Of a DNA stretch of 54,536 nucleotides, positions 43,701 to 53,283 are shown piece after piece (position 1 is the stretch's first letter; each line of letters starts with the position of its first letter). The notes beneath the pieces are model-generated. The model did not search any database. It worked only from the letters and a program-made list of their open reading frames with translations, and was not told the DNA's origin. Position numbers and translations under genes: made by a program. The stretch comes from a virus (Duplodnaviria > Caudoviricetes), in IMG/VR virus record IMGVR_UViG_3300038321_000349, positions 1 to 54,536 of that record; one strand, written 5' to 3'.

Positions 43701-46244
43701 TTACTGCACGCGGCTCAAACTAATGTCGTAGTACATCAGCAGCTTATCGTCTTCCTGAATGGTCTGCTCCGGCAGCCGCTCCGCCATGTCGACAATGGCC
43801 TGATAGTTCTTATCCTTCCAGAGCCTTGAGAAACCTACCCGGATTGCCTCGGAACGAAACAGCTTCAGCTTTCCTTTGCTGTTCATATAGCTCTCGAATT
43901 CCTTCCAGAGATTTTTCTCGCGGAGCTTGGCGACGTCGCCTTCCTTCGTACGGTCCGGAATATACCAGCGGCCCTTATCATCCTGAATGAAGTTCTCGTC
44001 CAGCATGACGGAAAGCTCAGGCATGTCCTCGTATCGGTCGACGGACTTCACTTCCTGCATGAACTTCGGCTGGAGTTCCGCATACGTCTGCGGTGTGTCG
44101 AGCTGCTGATAAAGCCATGCAATAGCAGATTTCTCATTCGAAACGAACAGCTCAAACTGGATCGGCTCGACGTCCATCTTGATGCGGGCAATATCATATT
44201 CGTTCACCTGATCTGGCAGGAAATACATGCCGTCGCGCTTCAGGAACTTCTCATCCAGTCCCTTATAGAAATCCGTCGCATCAATCGGAACCGGAATGCC
44301 GTTCATGATGTGGTATGCAACCATGCGGTCAAAAAGCAGGTACGCCTGACGCTCTGCAATAATGTCGATCTTGCCATCGTGGTCGGAATCCACAACGACA
44401 GGAAGATTAGCAAGATGCTGCCGGACAAACGCCCACGCGGTTTCTTCGGTTCCGGCCTTTGACTCAAATTCCTTGCGGAACTTTTCCTTGGGCTTGTAAG
44501 CCGAAATAACAAGATCCTGCTTCACTGCAGAAGTGTTATTGACCTGCTTGAAGCTGCCTTGCTTTTTATCAAGAGTACGGACATCAGCAATTATAAAACC
44601 GGCTCTCCCAAGGCTCTCTTGAATCGCATTCCACACTGCATTCTTCGAGTTATGAAATTCAACAGTCATCCACCTGTTCGGTTTCAGAACTCTGTAGAAC
44701 TCCAGAAAACAGTTCGTCATTAGACTCTGATATTCAGCAATACCTTTCCCTTGGACATCATTTACAATAGCCTCTGCTTTATTACGGGTTAACACATTAA
44801 GCCAAGACTCCCAAATAAAGCTAAGCTCTGAATAATTTAAATTGTCCCCAAATGGCGGATCGGTAAAAATGTAATCCACAGTGTTATTGGGAATCGTTTT
44901 AAGCTGTGTAGAAGAAGATGTCTCACATAGAGCTCCTCGAAACGTATGGGTCATCTGAAAGACTTTTTGAAAATCTTTAAATTTCCCTTCTACAGCTTTT
45001 ATTACATCGCCTTCAGCAGAAAGGGAAGGTAAATAAAGCGTTCCGCTAAGAACTCCATTCCCGCGCTTTCCCATGTTATAACGAACAAGTTTGGAAACCA
45101 GGCCAGGATTTACTGATTCGACTACAATTCTGAATCTTGATGTTTTTGACTTCTCATACAATGCTGAGAGCACATAAAGATTTCGTTTTGTATAGAATTG
45201 GTCCACATTTGTAATTCCGTATTTGTCATTGCGCCGGGATTCTCCCCCCTCGCACATCCTGTTATGTGGGTAGGGATAGGGTATTGTTAAGGCATCAATC
45301 TTTTTTAGTAACTCTAAATCTGCCTCATCAGGTTTTTTCTCATATCGCTTCCCTGCGTAAAGATAATTGATTAACACGGGAACCTGCCTGCTCATTGTAT
45401 GCGTAGTCTTCAGATTCTCGTCAAAAACGGTCATTACTGCGTTTTGACAGTCTCTTTTTGTTAGACGAACGCCGCATGAAGGACAAGTGAACTCGTTGTT
45501 TACTTTTTTGTTTTTTGCATCGACAGCAACATCCCAAAATACGAATTCATTTCCACAATGTGGGCAAACAAATACATCAGACCACACTGTATAGTTAATT
45601 CTCCCCTTAGGTTTCATTTCCGCGGATAAGAACGATACAGAGGAATCTGAGGAATGTGCGGTTTCGTACATCCAACCACACTCCTTTTCGACTTCTTGTA
45701 GTATTTTTTGACCTTCTTCAACAAAAGCTGTTATATCTACGAGGCTGTTATAATTGTATGTAATATAAGTAGCTACAGGTGACAGGTCATTCAGAATGGC
45801 ATTCCTACGTCCCCAATTGTTCTCGTCAGCTTTCAACTCTTGTTGCAGCATGTAATTATCGGTACCACACATCTGAGCAGCGACACCAGTCATTCCTGTT
45901 CCGCAAAATCCATCAAAAACAATATCGCCTGGCTTGGTGTAATGGAGAATGTATCTCATTATTGCTTTGTAAGGCACCTTAGTATGGTAAGTATGTGCCA
46001 TATAAATAGGATCGTTCTTTCCCTCGCTGACATCAGACGCAAACGGCTCGCGATGATAATCATCCGTCTCCTCGTCGTAAGGAGTCCCGTTCTCCGCGAT
46101 GAATTCCTTAATAAACGGATTCGGGCATGCGGTGTAATATGGCGCATCGGAGAGCGCAATGATGTCCTCGTCCGTGCCGATCGGGAAGCCTTCTATATCG
46201 CGGACCTTGTCGAGATCCTCCTTGGTCAGTTTTCTCTTCTCCAT
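43701..46244 (-). CDS. pglXI: BREX-3 DNA methyltransferase PglXI
   Basis: HTYHTKVP, DGFCGTGMTG (motif I), CPHC/CPSC zinc ribbon, FTDPPF (motif IV). Confidence 0.85.
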   Translation of the reverse strand: MEKRKLTKEDLDKVRDIEGFPIGTDEDIIALSDAPYYTACPNPFIKEFIAENGTPYDEETDDYHREPFASDVSEGKNDPIYMAHTYHTKVPYKAIMRYILHYTKPGDIVFDGFCGTGMTGVAAQMCGTDNYMLQQELKADENNWGRRNAILNDLSPVATYITYNYNSLVDITAFVEEGQKILQEVEKECGWMYETAHSSDSSVSFLSAEMKPKGRINYTVWSDVFVCPHCGNEFVFWDVAVDAKNKKVNNEFTCPSCGVRLTKRDCQNAVMTVFDENLKTTHTMSRQVPVLINYLYAGKRYEKKPDEADLELLKKIDALTIPYPYPHNRMCEGGESRRNDKYGITNVDQFYTKRNLYVLSALYEKSKTSRFRIVVESVNPGLVSKLVRYNMGKRGNGVLSGTLYLPSLSAEGDVIKAVEGKFKDFQKVFQMTHTFRGALCETSSSTQLKTIPNNTVDYIFTDPPFGDNLNYSELSFIWESWLNVLTRNKAEAIVNDVQGKGIAEYQSLMTNCFLEFYRVLKPNRWMTVEFHNSKNAVWNAIQESLGRAGFIIADVRTLDKKQGSFKQVNNTSAVKQDLVISAYKPKEKFRKEFESKAGTEETAWAFVRQHLANLPVVVDSDHDGKIDIIAERQAYLLFDRMVAYHIMNGIPVPIDATDFYKGLDEKFLKRDGMYFLPDQVNEYDIARIKMDVEPIQFELFVSNEKSAIAWLYQQLDTPQTYAELQPKFMQEVKSVDRYEDMPELSVMLDENFIQDDKGRWYIPDRTKEGDVAKLREKNLWKEFESYMNSKGKLKLFRSEAIRVGFSRLWKDKNYQAIVDMAERLPEQTIQEDDKLLMYYDISLSRVQ

Positions 46245-46248
46245 AGTT

Positions 46249-49200
46249 TTAATTCTCCTTACGCTTTACGACGATACGCAGCTTGCTTTCATCCTTGCCT
46301 CTAGTGTAGGAAGCGATGATATCGTTCAGCTTCTTACGGAAGTTATCTTCACTGAGCGGCTGTAGCTGTTCGAGCTTTTCCACCAGCGTTTCCGCGTCGA
46401 TGACCACAGGCTCGAATCCTTTCAGAAGCGCGGTAATGCTCTCGACGAAGAAATCATCCACTCGCTTCGGTAGTTCTTTTGAGGCGACAAAGTCATCGAT
46501 GACTTTCTGCTGGTCGTCATTCAGGTACTGCTTCTGCGCGAGCACGAGCGGATCGGTGACAGTCTCCAGCAGCTTCTTCGTCCATTCCTGTGTCAGCTCA
46601 TCAATGCCGTAGTCGATCTGATCCAGCAGGCCATGCACATTTCTCTCATGGCTGCTCATGTCAAAGTGGCAATGAAGGCAGATTGGATTCTTCTTCAGTT
46701 CGCTCGGCGTCAGTTCGTAGCAGACCTTGATGTTCGCCATCGATGTTTCAAGGTCGGACAGCTTCGCACCCGGCAGAATCGTGATGGCGTGCAGCTTACG
46801 TAGATTCTTGAGTGCAAAGCTCTCCTGAATCTTACCCTTCCGCTGCGCATCCTCAATTCCGAGGCGCTTCTTCGAATGTGCATCGTAGTAAAGATTAATG
46901 TACTTTTCCTGTACTGGCTCAAGCGCATCCTTCACAGCGCGAGCCGCATCAGCACCGGATGTCCCTTCTGCAATGCTGTCTCTTGCTGCTCGGAAGGCTG
47001 CGCGTGCGTCTTCGATAGAAGTTTTAATCTCATCAATATCGAAGTTCTGGACACTCGCAACGTATCCGACTAAATCTCCGCATTCGCTCTTGAAATCGAG
47101 GTACTCAGGAATACGGCGTAAAGTCCAGATCTGCTTCTCAATTTCCTGAATCTCATCCATCGTGTGCCGGAAATTATTCAGCTTTGCGAAAGTGTTAAAC
47201 TTCGCTGAGTAGTTGCTGAATTCCCCCTTGACCTTATCGCAGGCGCTCTGCATCTTCGCCTTCATCTGCGAATCTGCAAGCGGCTCTCCCCACAGCTCGA
47301 AGCCGTCAGAAAGTTTCCTTGTTCCGAGAACCGCATCATTGCAAAAATTCTGTGCGGCCTGAATGAGCTGCTTGACGCCATTGTCTCTGTCCTTCGGCAA
47401 ATCCAGGAGCGCAGGATTGAGGCCAAGTACCTCGAACATCTTCTTGATCTCCGCCAGAGCCATCTTTGCCGGACGGGAGATGTACTTGAATTCGTACAGA
47501 TCAAGCGCATTTGTATTTGGAATCTCATCAAGGTTGGATGCTGTTATCGTCTTGCCATTGTTCAGCGTAATGACCGCGTATCCCGCGTAAACAAGCGACA
47601 GGAAGATGATCGGTGTAAACAAGAAGCTGATCTTAAATTGCTTGTCGATATACACACTCATGAACTGCTCTTCAAACAGGTCGGTATAGTTCAACACGCC
47701 CTGTGGCGGCAGCTCCTGCAGGCGATCGATATAGTATCTGGCATACTTCGAGTTTTCAGGTTTGATCTTGTCATCCTCGAGCACACCAAAGCTCTCGAGC
47801 ATCATCCGTGCTTGCTGCGTCTTCCGGCCTGCAAAATAGTCAAAGGAATCCCGTGCCAGTCCTGCCATGTTCTTTCTGGTGACTCTGGTCTTCATGACCG
47901 GGAAGTCTTTGTACTTGCCCGTGAAATATTCATCAAGGCAGATCGAGGCTGCGAGGTCGATGGTATCTTTGAAAGTCAGGTCTGGACGATACTTGCCTTT
48001 CAAAACCTCGATCAGCTGTCTCATCTGAGCTTTGTAGGTCACGTTGAAGCAGGTGTTCTTGTTATCGCTTAGATATTTTACGAGCTGGCGGTTGAACATT
48101 TTCGCCTTGTTCAGATAGGCTTCCTTATCCTTGCCCTCGCTGATTTCAGCTAGCTGATTCGCTGCTGCATAGAGTTCCAAATTTTTCTTGAACTCATCCG
48201 CGGAGCGGAAGAAGAAGTAGACTTCGTCCGGGAGATTCGCAATATCCACATTGCCGTTGTCATATGGCGGCATGATGTGGATATAGAAGTCTCGTTCCGG
48301 CTGGGCCGTGCTGCGTTCTCCCGGAAGTCCCATAAAGAGATAACCTTCCCGGAAGATATTGTGGCTGTTCCAGTTCAGATCGTACTCGTAGATCTTGAAG
48401 TTTGTGACGTATTCCTTCGCGTCCCATTCAAGGCAGTTGTAGACAACCGTGTAAAAGTACCGATTCAGCTCCGCAGGAGCCAGAAGCGACGCTTTCTGAT
48501 TGATCTTCTCGTCGTAGTCTACGACCTTGTCGACGTCGATGTAGTACTGGTTATTCGCGTCGTTATGAATGATGAACTGTCCGGAGACGGTCGTCATGAT
48601 ATCCTTCAGCGTCGTGTTGACAACGCCAAGGAGGAAGTCTGCATCGTTTTCCGGCATGGAATCCAGATACAGGCAGAGGTCGTCCTTCAGGTTTTCCGCG
48701 GTCAGTCCGAACTGCACATCGAGTCCGTTTGTCGTCAGCCTATGCACGCTGAGTGCATAAATGATCTGAATTGCGAGCGGCTTATAAACCTTGTGCGGGA
48801 AGGAGCGATTGATAATCTCCTCCAGCTGTGTGCTGGCATTCACGACCTTGCTGATTGTAACGTCGCTCTTCAGAAGCCCATTTCCCTTGATGGCGGGCCA
48901 ATAGGTATCGAAGGAATAGATTCCAGGTGCATCTTCCGGTACGTCTTTATCAAAGATATCACGAATGACTCTGGAGATGTTTTTCAAGATATGGCGGTTC
49001 TCCACAAGATAGACTTTATTGAATACATCAATATAAGCCGGGTGAATCGGAAACAGATCCACAAATTCATCCATGCGGGTAGACATGCCACTGTAAAGGC
49101 TGGAGAACTTCTCGAGGTGATTCCGGATCAGCGCCTTCTGTTCCGGATTCTTCTTCAGGATCCTTTCTGAAACAACGTACTCCGTATCTTCCTTTGTAAT

Positions 49201-49938
49201 CTCCATCTGTGTAAAACGATCGCTGACGTGTTTCAGCGTTTCGGAGACGAAGCTGAATTTTGGATTGTCGAAGATTTTCTCCTGAATGCCAAGAATGATA
49301 CGGAGATTACTCTTTGAGCACATTTCTCCGAAAGCACGCAACACTTCCAGGTCAAGAACCAGCTGGCGCTCGTCTCTGGATGTAAGGTAGGCCAGGAACT
49401 CGTCTACGACGATCAGATATCCCTTGTCCGGGTATTTGGAATTGAAGGCTTCCATCATCTGACGGATGACCTTCTTGTTGTCGCGGACCGTCGAATAGTC
49501 TGGTTTCTTGAAGTCAATGCCACGACGCTGGAAATCCTCTTCAATGTAGTCAAAGAGAATATCGTAGAGCGTCATGGTCACTCCACCAATTTCCAACCGT
49601 AGAATCTCGAATTTGCCTGCAACAGGCTCCATGCGCTTTGCAAAGTTCTGGTTCTGTAAATATTGGAGATTGCCTGCGTCATTAGCCACAGCAGAAATCA
49701 CACTCATCAGGTGAGATTTACCGGTACCATAGTTACCTACGATGAAAACGCCTTTGTTGTCGACTACCTCGTCCATCTGGAGCTGGTCGATCACCGGAGC
49801 CTGCAGACTTTCCGCCATGCTGTCCGACATGACATAGGTCTGCACGAGTTCCTTGACTCCGCTTTCTGTTTTTGTGCCCTCAACAAGCTGTATCGTCGAT
49901 TCGATTGGCTTGAAGCTTATTAGCTCTGAATACTTCAT
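46249..49938 (-). CDS. brxC: BrxC/PglY-type ATPase (DUF6079-like)
   Basis: GNYGTGKS Walker A, LIVVDE Walker B, LFPIHP; 1229 aa with C-terminal CxxC. Confidence 0.88.
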   Translation of the reverse strand: MKYSELISFKPIESTIQLVEGTKTESGVKELVQTYVMSDSMAESLQAPVIDQLQMDEVVDNKGVFIVGNYGTGKSHLMSVISAVANDAGNLQYLQNQNFAKRMEPVAGKFEILRLEIGGVTMTLYDILFDYIEEDFQRRGIDFKKPDYSTVRDNKKVIRQMMEAFNSKYPDKGYLIVVDEFLAYLTSRDERQLVLDLEVLRAFGEMCSKSNLRIILGIQEKIFDNPKFSFVSETLKHVSDRFTQMEITKEDTEYVVSERILKKNPEQKALIRNHLEKFSSLYSGMSTRMDEFVDLFPIHPAYIDVFNKVYLVENRHILKNISRVIRDIFDKDVPEDAPGIYSFDTYWPAIKGNGLLKSDVTISKVVNASTQLEEIINRSFPHKVYKPLAIQIIYALSVHRLTTNGLDVQFGLTAENLKDDLCLYLDSMPENDADFLLGVVNTTLKDIMTTVSGQFIIHNDANNQYYIDVDKVVDYDEKINQKASLLAPAELNRYFYTVVYNCLEWDAKEYVTNFKIYEYDLNWNSHNIFREGYLFMGLPGERSTAQPERDFYIHIMPPYDNGNVDIANLPDEVYFFFRSADEFKKNLELYAAANQLAEISEGKDKEAYLNKAKMFNRQLVKYLSDNKNTCFNVTYKAQMRQLIEVLKGKYRPDLTFKDTIDLAASICLDEYFTGKYKDFPVMKTRVTRKNMAGLARDSFDYFAGRKTQQARMMLESFGVLEDDKIKPENSKYARYYIDRLQELPPQGVLNYTDLFEEQFMSVYIDKQFKISFLFTPIIFLSLVYAGYAVITLNNGKTITASNLDEIPNTNALDLYEFKYISRPAKMALAEIKKMFEVLGLNPALLDLPKDRDNGVKQLIQAAQNFCNDAVLGTRKLSDGFELWGEPLADSQMKAKMQSACDKVKGEFSNYSAKFNTFAKLNNFRHTMDEIQEIEKQIWTLRRIPEYLDFKSECGDLVGYVASVQNFDIDEIKTSIEDARAAFRAARDSIAEGTSGADAARAVKDALEPVQEKYINLYYDAHSKKRLGIEDAQRKGKIQESFALKNLRKLHAITILPGAKLSDLETSMANIKVCYELTPSELKKNPICLHCHFDMSSHERNVHGLLDQIDYGIDELTQEWTKKLLETVTDPLVLAQKQYLNDDQQKVIDDFVASKELPKRVDDFFVESITALLKGFEPVVIDAETLVEKLEQLQPLSEDNFRKKLNDIIASYTRGKDESKLRIVVKRKEN

Positions 49939-49952
49939 TTAGCGTTTCCTCC

Positions 49953-50372
49953 TTAAATGACACAGGTGATGTCATAGTTCTTTACTTCATATGCTTTATA
50001 GTCCGGATACCCTTGTTCGCTGTAATAAAGTGTTCCGTTTTCATATCGCCCCGGCCAGATCACGCTGTACGGTTTGCTTTTCCGGGCCTCGGTGAGAATC
50101 TTCAAAACGTCGACCTGATAGGCTGGATTGAACATCACGTCGATATCTTTGATGACCACGTTGTCCGGATACTGTGCGAGCACGCTTTGAAAACAAGATG
50201 CAAGCCTCATTGTCCGGCTCCTCGGCGATACGTCCTGCAGTTTTTCCGAAAGCGGTTTGCTGACAGATATCGGCTTTGAAGACAGCTCTCGTATTCGTGT
50301 CCAGTAAATGAGAAGCCGGGAAATGGTGTTTTTTTGTCTTTGGAGATTTCCATATTTAATAATCTCGCCCAT
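49953..50372 (-). CDS. brxF: BrxF-like protein
   Basis: IDVMFNP.Y.VDVLKIL, WPG...GTLYYSEQGYPDY; first gene before brxC. Confidence 0.75.
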   Translation of the reverse strand: MGEIIKYGNLQRQKNTISRLLIYWTRIRELSSKPISVSKPLSEKLQDVSPRSRTMRLASCFQSVLAQYPDNVVIKDIDVMFNPAYQVDVLKILTEARKSKPYSVIWPGRYENGTLYYSEQGYPDYKAYEVKNYDITCVI

Positions 50373-50387
50373 TTCAATCCGCCTTCC

Positions 50388-50600
50388 TCATTTTGCCTCT
50401 TCGTTCGTCATTTCCATTATGTCACTGACATCACAATCCAAGGCAACGCATATCTTTTCTATGATCTCTGTATTCACATTTTCATTTTTTCCAAGTTTTG
50501 TTATTGACGCCGAGCTAATACCGGCAGCCTTCTGTAAATCCTTCTTTTTCATATCGCGATCTATCAGTAGTTTCCACAATTTCTTATAGCTAATGGCCAT
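50388..50600 (-). CDS. Xre/Cro-C1 HTH regulator heading BREX operon
   Basis: MAISYKKLWKLLIDRDMKKKDL...KIC.ALDC...DIME; GAGGT RBS. Confidence 0.9.
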   Translation of the reverse strand: MAISYKKLWKLLIDRDMKKKDLQKAAGISSASITKLGKNENVNTEIIEKICVALDCDVSDIMEMTNEEAK

Positions 50601-50642
50601 GACGCTTACCTCGCTTTCCGCCAAAATCAGACTTGTAAACCC

Positions 50643-50671
50643 ATTATACACATTCTGCGATGCAAAATCAA
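50643..50671 (-). promoter_or_regulatory. SigA promoter for Xre-BREX operon
   Basis: Minus strand TTGATT-17 bp-TATAAT. Confidence 0.7.
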
Positions 50672-50711
50672 GATTTAATCAAGCGTTCGCGCGAAATTTT
50701 CCGCCGAATTA

Positions 50712-50740
50712 TTGATTTATGCACAAACTTTTGATATACT
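50712..50740 (+). promoter_or_regulatory. SigA promoter for kinase-GNAT-ASCH operon
   Basis: TTGATT-17 bp-TGnTATACT. Confidence 0.7.
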
Positions 50741-50789
50741 GTACATAATCTATTTTTTAGCTACGCTGAACAACTTAGGAGGTGGTCCT

Positions 50790-51308
50790 ATGATCTTTAT
50801 CAGTGGCATTCATGCGGTCGGCAAAGGCTACTTCTGTGGCCTTGTAAAAAAGGAACTGGGTATCGAGGCGTATTCGGCAAGTGATCTGATTGCAAAGGCA
50901 CGTAATGCCAGTTTCAGTAGTGACAAGCTGGTCGCCGAAATAGAGGAAAACCAGCAGTATTTACTCGCCGCCGTGCAAGAGCTGCGCGAAAGCGGTAGCG
51001 ATTTCATTCTTGACGGGCATTTCTGCCTCATCAACAGGAGCACTGGCGAACCGGAACGGATCTCGCTTGAGACGTTCACCACGCTCAAGCCGGAAGCCAT
51101 CGTATTATTGACTGAGAAGCCGAAGGTCATCGTCGAACGCCGCAAGACACGCGACGGGATCGATGAGACACCTGAGTATGTAGAACAGTTTCAAAACATG
51201 GAAAAACAATACGCCAATGAGGTCGCCGAGTTACTGAATGCGAAGCTGTTCATCTCGACCGGCGCAGCTGATCTCGAGTCGGCGATTGACTTCCTGAGAT
51301 CCCTATAA
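50790..51308 (+). CDS. P-loop NMP-kinase-like protein (archaeal adenylate-kinase-like)
   Basis: AGGAGG RBS; IFISGIHAVGKG P-loop, SASDLI, ILDGH, ERRKTRD lid-like motif. Confidence 0.8.
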   Translation: MIFISGIHAVGKGYFCGLVKKELGIEAYSASDLIAKARNASFSSDKLVAEIEENQQYLLAAVQELRESGSDFILDGHFCLINRSTGEPERISLETFTTLKPEAIVLLTEKPKVIVERRKTRDGIDETPEYVEQFQNMEKQYANEVAELLNAKLFISTGAADLESAIDFLRSL

Positions 51309-51320
51309 GGAGGAAATCAT

Positions 51321-52418
51321 ATGGCAGGTAAATTCATTCACAAGCGATTTGCTGACATAGATATCAACGATCCCTTCTTCGACTCATTAAAGAGAGACTA
51401 TCCGGGCAGCGCAAACAGTACTGAATTCACAAAGTGGTTCGCCAAGAAAGCAGCAGAAGGAAAGGAAGCCCTCGTCTTCGAAGATGAGCAAGGTGTCGGC
51501 GCTTTCGTTAATCTGAAGCCAGGTGAAACGGAAGAGATCAAACTTTCAAATGGACACGTTCTTCCGTACGACTCTCGCTTAAAGATTACGACGATCAAGA
51601 TCGACGAACGGTTCCAACATCAGCGGATTGGCGAAGGCGCACTGGGATTGACATTATGGGACTGGAGAGATCAATGCGCTAACGAGATCTATGTTACAGT
51701 CTTCGAGAAGCATACCAGCTTAATCTTCCTGCTTGAAAAATACGGATTCAATTACGTTGGAGATAATCTTAACGGTGAACGCGTCTATATCAAGGACCGC
51801 AGAAATTTGGACATTAGCGATCCATGCAAGGCGTTTCCATTCATCAGTGGCAGGATGAGCCATGCCGGATGCCTTGCTATTAATATGGAATATCACGATA
51901 CCATGTTTGCCTATTCAGAACTGGCAAATACGCTGCAGGAGCGCGTCGATATCAATGTTGCAAATGGTCTGAAGAAGGTCTATATTGGAAGTCCTTATAG
52001 TCTCGCTTTCAAAGCTGGTGATCCCGTCCTTATTTATCGAAAGTATACCGGTAATGATGGCAGACCCGGCTATAAGTCTGTTATAACCTCATACTGCATT
52101 GCTACCCGAGTTGAGAAAATAAAAACTCAGGGACAGTTCTTACATTCGTTTGATGAGTTTCTTCACATCGTTGGAAACAAGTCGGTCTATACCAAGTTTG
52201 AACTAAAGAATCGGTATGATAATGAAAAGAATCTTACTGTAATCGAACTTCTTTACTGCGGTTATTTTGGCGCAGGCAATAATGTCAATTGGAGATGGCT
52301 CAAGGATAATGACCTCTGGCCGGGAACCCACCCGATGAATTTCCGATACACAAGAAGTCAATTCGAGAAAATTCTACGGGAGGGAAATGTTGATGTCGAC
52401 AATGTTATTATCGATTAA
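51321..52418 (+). CDS. GNAT acetyltransferase with C-terminal PUA/ASCH-like domain
   Basis: DPFFDSLK.DY, LKITTIKI..RFQHQRIGE (acetyl-CoA loop), IYVTVF, LLEKYGF; KKVYI...GDPVLIYR C-terminal region. Confidence 0.75.
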   Translation: MAGKFIHKRFADIDINDPFFDSLKRDYPGSANSTEFTKWFAKKAAEGKEALVFEDEQGVGAFVNLKPGETEEIKLSNGHVLPYDSRLKITTIKIDERFQHQRIGEGALGLTLWDWRDQCANEIYVTVFEKHTSLIFLLEKYGFNYVGDNLNGERVYIKDRRNLDISDPCKAFPFISGRMSHAGCLAINMEYHDTMFAYSELANTLQERVDINVANGLKKVYIGSPYSLAFKAGDPVLIYRKYTGNDGRPGYKSVITSYCIATRVEKIKTQGQFLHSFDEFLHIVGNKSVYTKFELKNRYDNEKNLTVIELLYCGYFGAGNNVNWRWLKDNDLWPGTHPMNFRYTRSQFEKILREGNVDVDNVIID

Positions 52419-52764
52419 GCCAGAATACGCTAAAGTCATTCTTGATGGACAAAAGGAATACGAATTTCGAAAACGCCGATGTAAAACCGGCGTCAATAAA
52501 ATTGTTTTCTACTCCACGGCTCCCGAAAGCAAGGTCGTCGGAGAAGCTGAGATTGAGGACATCATAGAAGGAAGCCCTTCTAAAATCTGGGAGCTGGCTA
52601 AAAAAGCTGCCGGAATTACGCGGGCAAAGTACCGCGCCTACTATCACGGCTATCACAACGCCGTGGCTTACAAACTGAAAAACGTAGTCGTCTACGACCC
52701 TCCAAAAGAACTGTCGGACTACGGGATAGATCATGTTCCACAATCTTTCATCTACTTGGACTAA
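52393..52764 (+). CDS. ASCH domain protein
   Basis: LLSIKPEYA..ILDGQKEYEFRK, VFYSTAP..KVVGE, VPQSFIYL; overlaps GNAT stop. Confidence 0.9.
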   Translation: MSTMLLSIKPEYAKVILDGQKEYEFRKRRCKTGVNKIVFYSTAPESKVVGEAEIEDIIEGSPSKIWELAKKAAGITRAKYRAYYHGYHNAVAYKLKNVVVYDPPKELSDYGIDHVPQSFIYLD

Positions 52765-52772
52765 ACTTATTG

Positions 52773-52803
52773 TCGCGCTGTATGAAAATGCAGCGCGATT
52801 TTT
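52773..52803 (+). terminator. Intrinsic terminator
   Basis: TCGCGCTGTAT-GAAA-ATGCAGCGCGA-TTTTT. Confidence 0.8.
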
Positions 52804-52811
52804 CAGCCTCC

Positions 52812-52871
52812 TTGACATCGGTTTTTCTTTTTGATACACTAATAAACAGATTAGCGAATCTGCTAATCAGC
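52812..52871 (+). promoter_or_regulatory. SigA promoter with downstream dyad operator
   Basis: TTGACA-17 bp-TGnTACACT (52812-52840); GATTAGC-N6-GCTAATC (52849-52868). Confidence 0.8.
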
Positions 52872-52890
52872 TATTGAAAGGAGAATTGCT

Positions 52891-53274
52891 ATGGCTGGTG
52901 AATTTGGAAAGTTTATCGACGAAAAACGCCGAGGGCGTGGTCCGGACGGAGGAGACATCCTGCTTAAGGACATTGCCAAGGCTATGGGTGCGACGCCCAC
53001 CTATTTATCCGACATCGTTAAAGGACGCCGGAACCCACCCGAAATGTCCATGCTCCTGAAGATCTCCGATGTGCTTCACCTCTCTCCCGAGGAGCAGGCC
53101 CAGATGTTCGACCTTGCCGGACGGGACAGAAATGAAGCTGCCCCTGATCTTCCTGAATACATCATGGATGAGAACCTGCCGCATGTCCGCGCTGCTCTTC
53201 GGAAAGCCAACGACAAAGGTCTCAGGGATGATTTCTGGAAGCAGGTCTATGACGCAATCGACAAGAAGGAGTGA
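52891..53274 (+). CDS. Xre-family repressor (ImmR-like)
   Basis: FGKFIDEKR, LKDIAKAMGATPTYLSDIVKGRRNPP HTH. Confidence 0.9.
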   Translation: MAGEFGKFIDEKRRGRGPDGGDILLKDIAKAMGATPTYLSDIVKGRRNPPEMSMLLKISDVLHLSPEEQAQMFDLAGRDRNEAAPDLPEYIMDENLPHVRAALRKANDKGLRDDFWKQVYDAIDKKE

Positions 53275-53283
53275 TCCTATCGT

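Noticed and set aside
38805-50372. Classification as BREX type 1 or a type III RM system
   Set aside because: No brxB or brxL; brxF-like gene, helicase and pglZ are present in type 3 order.
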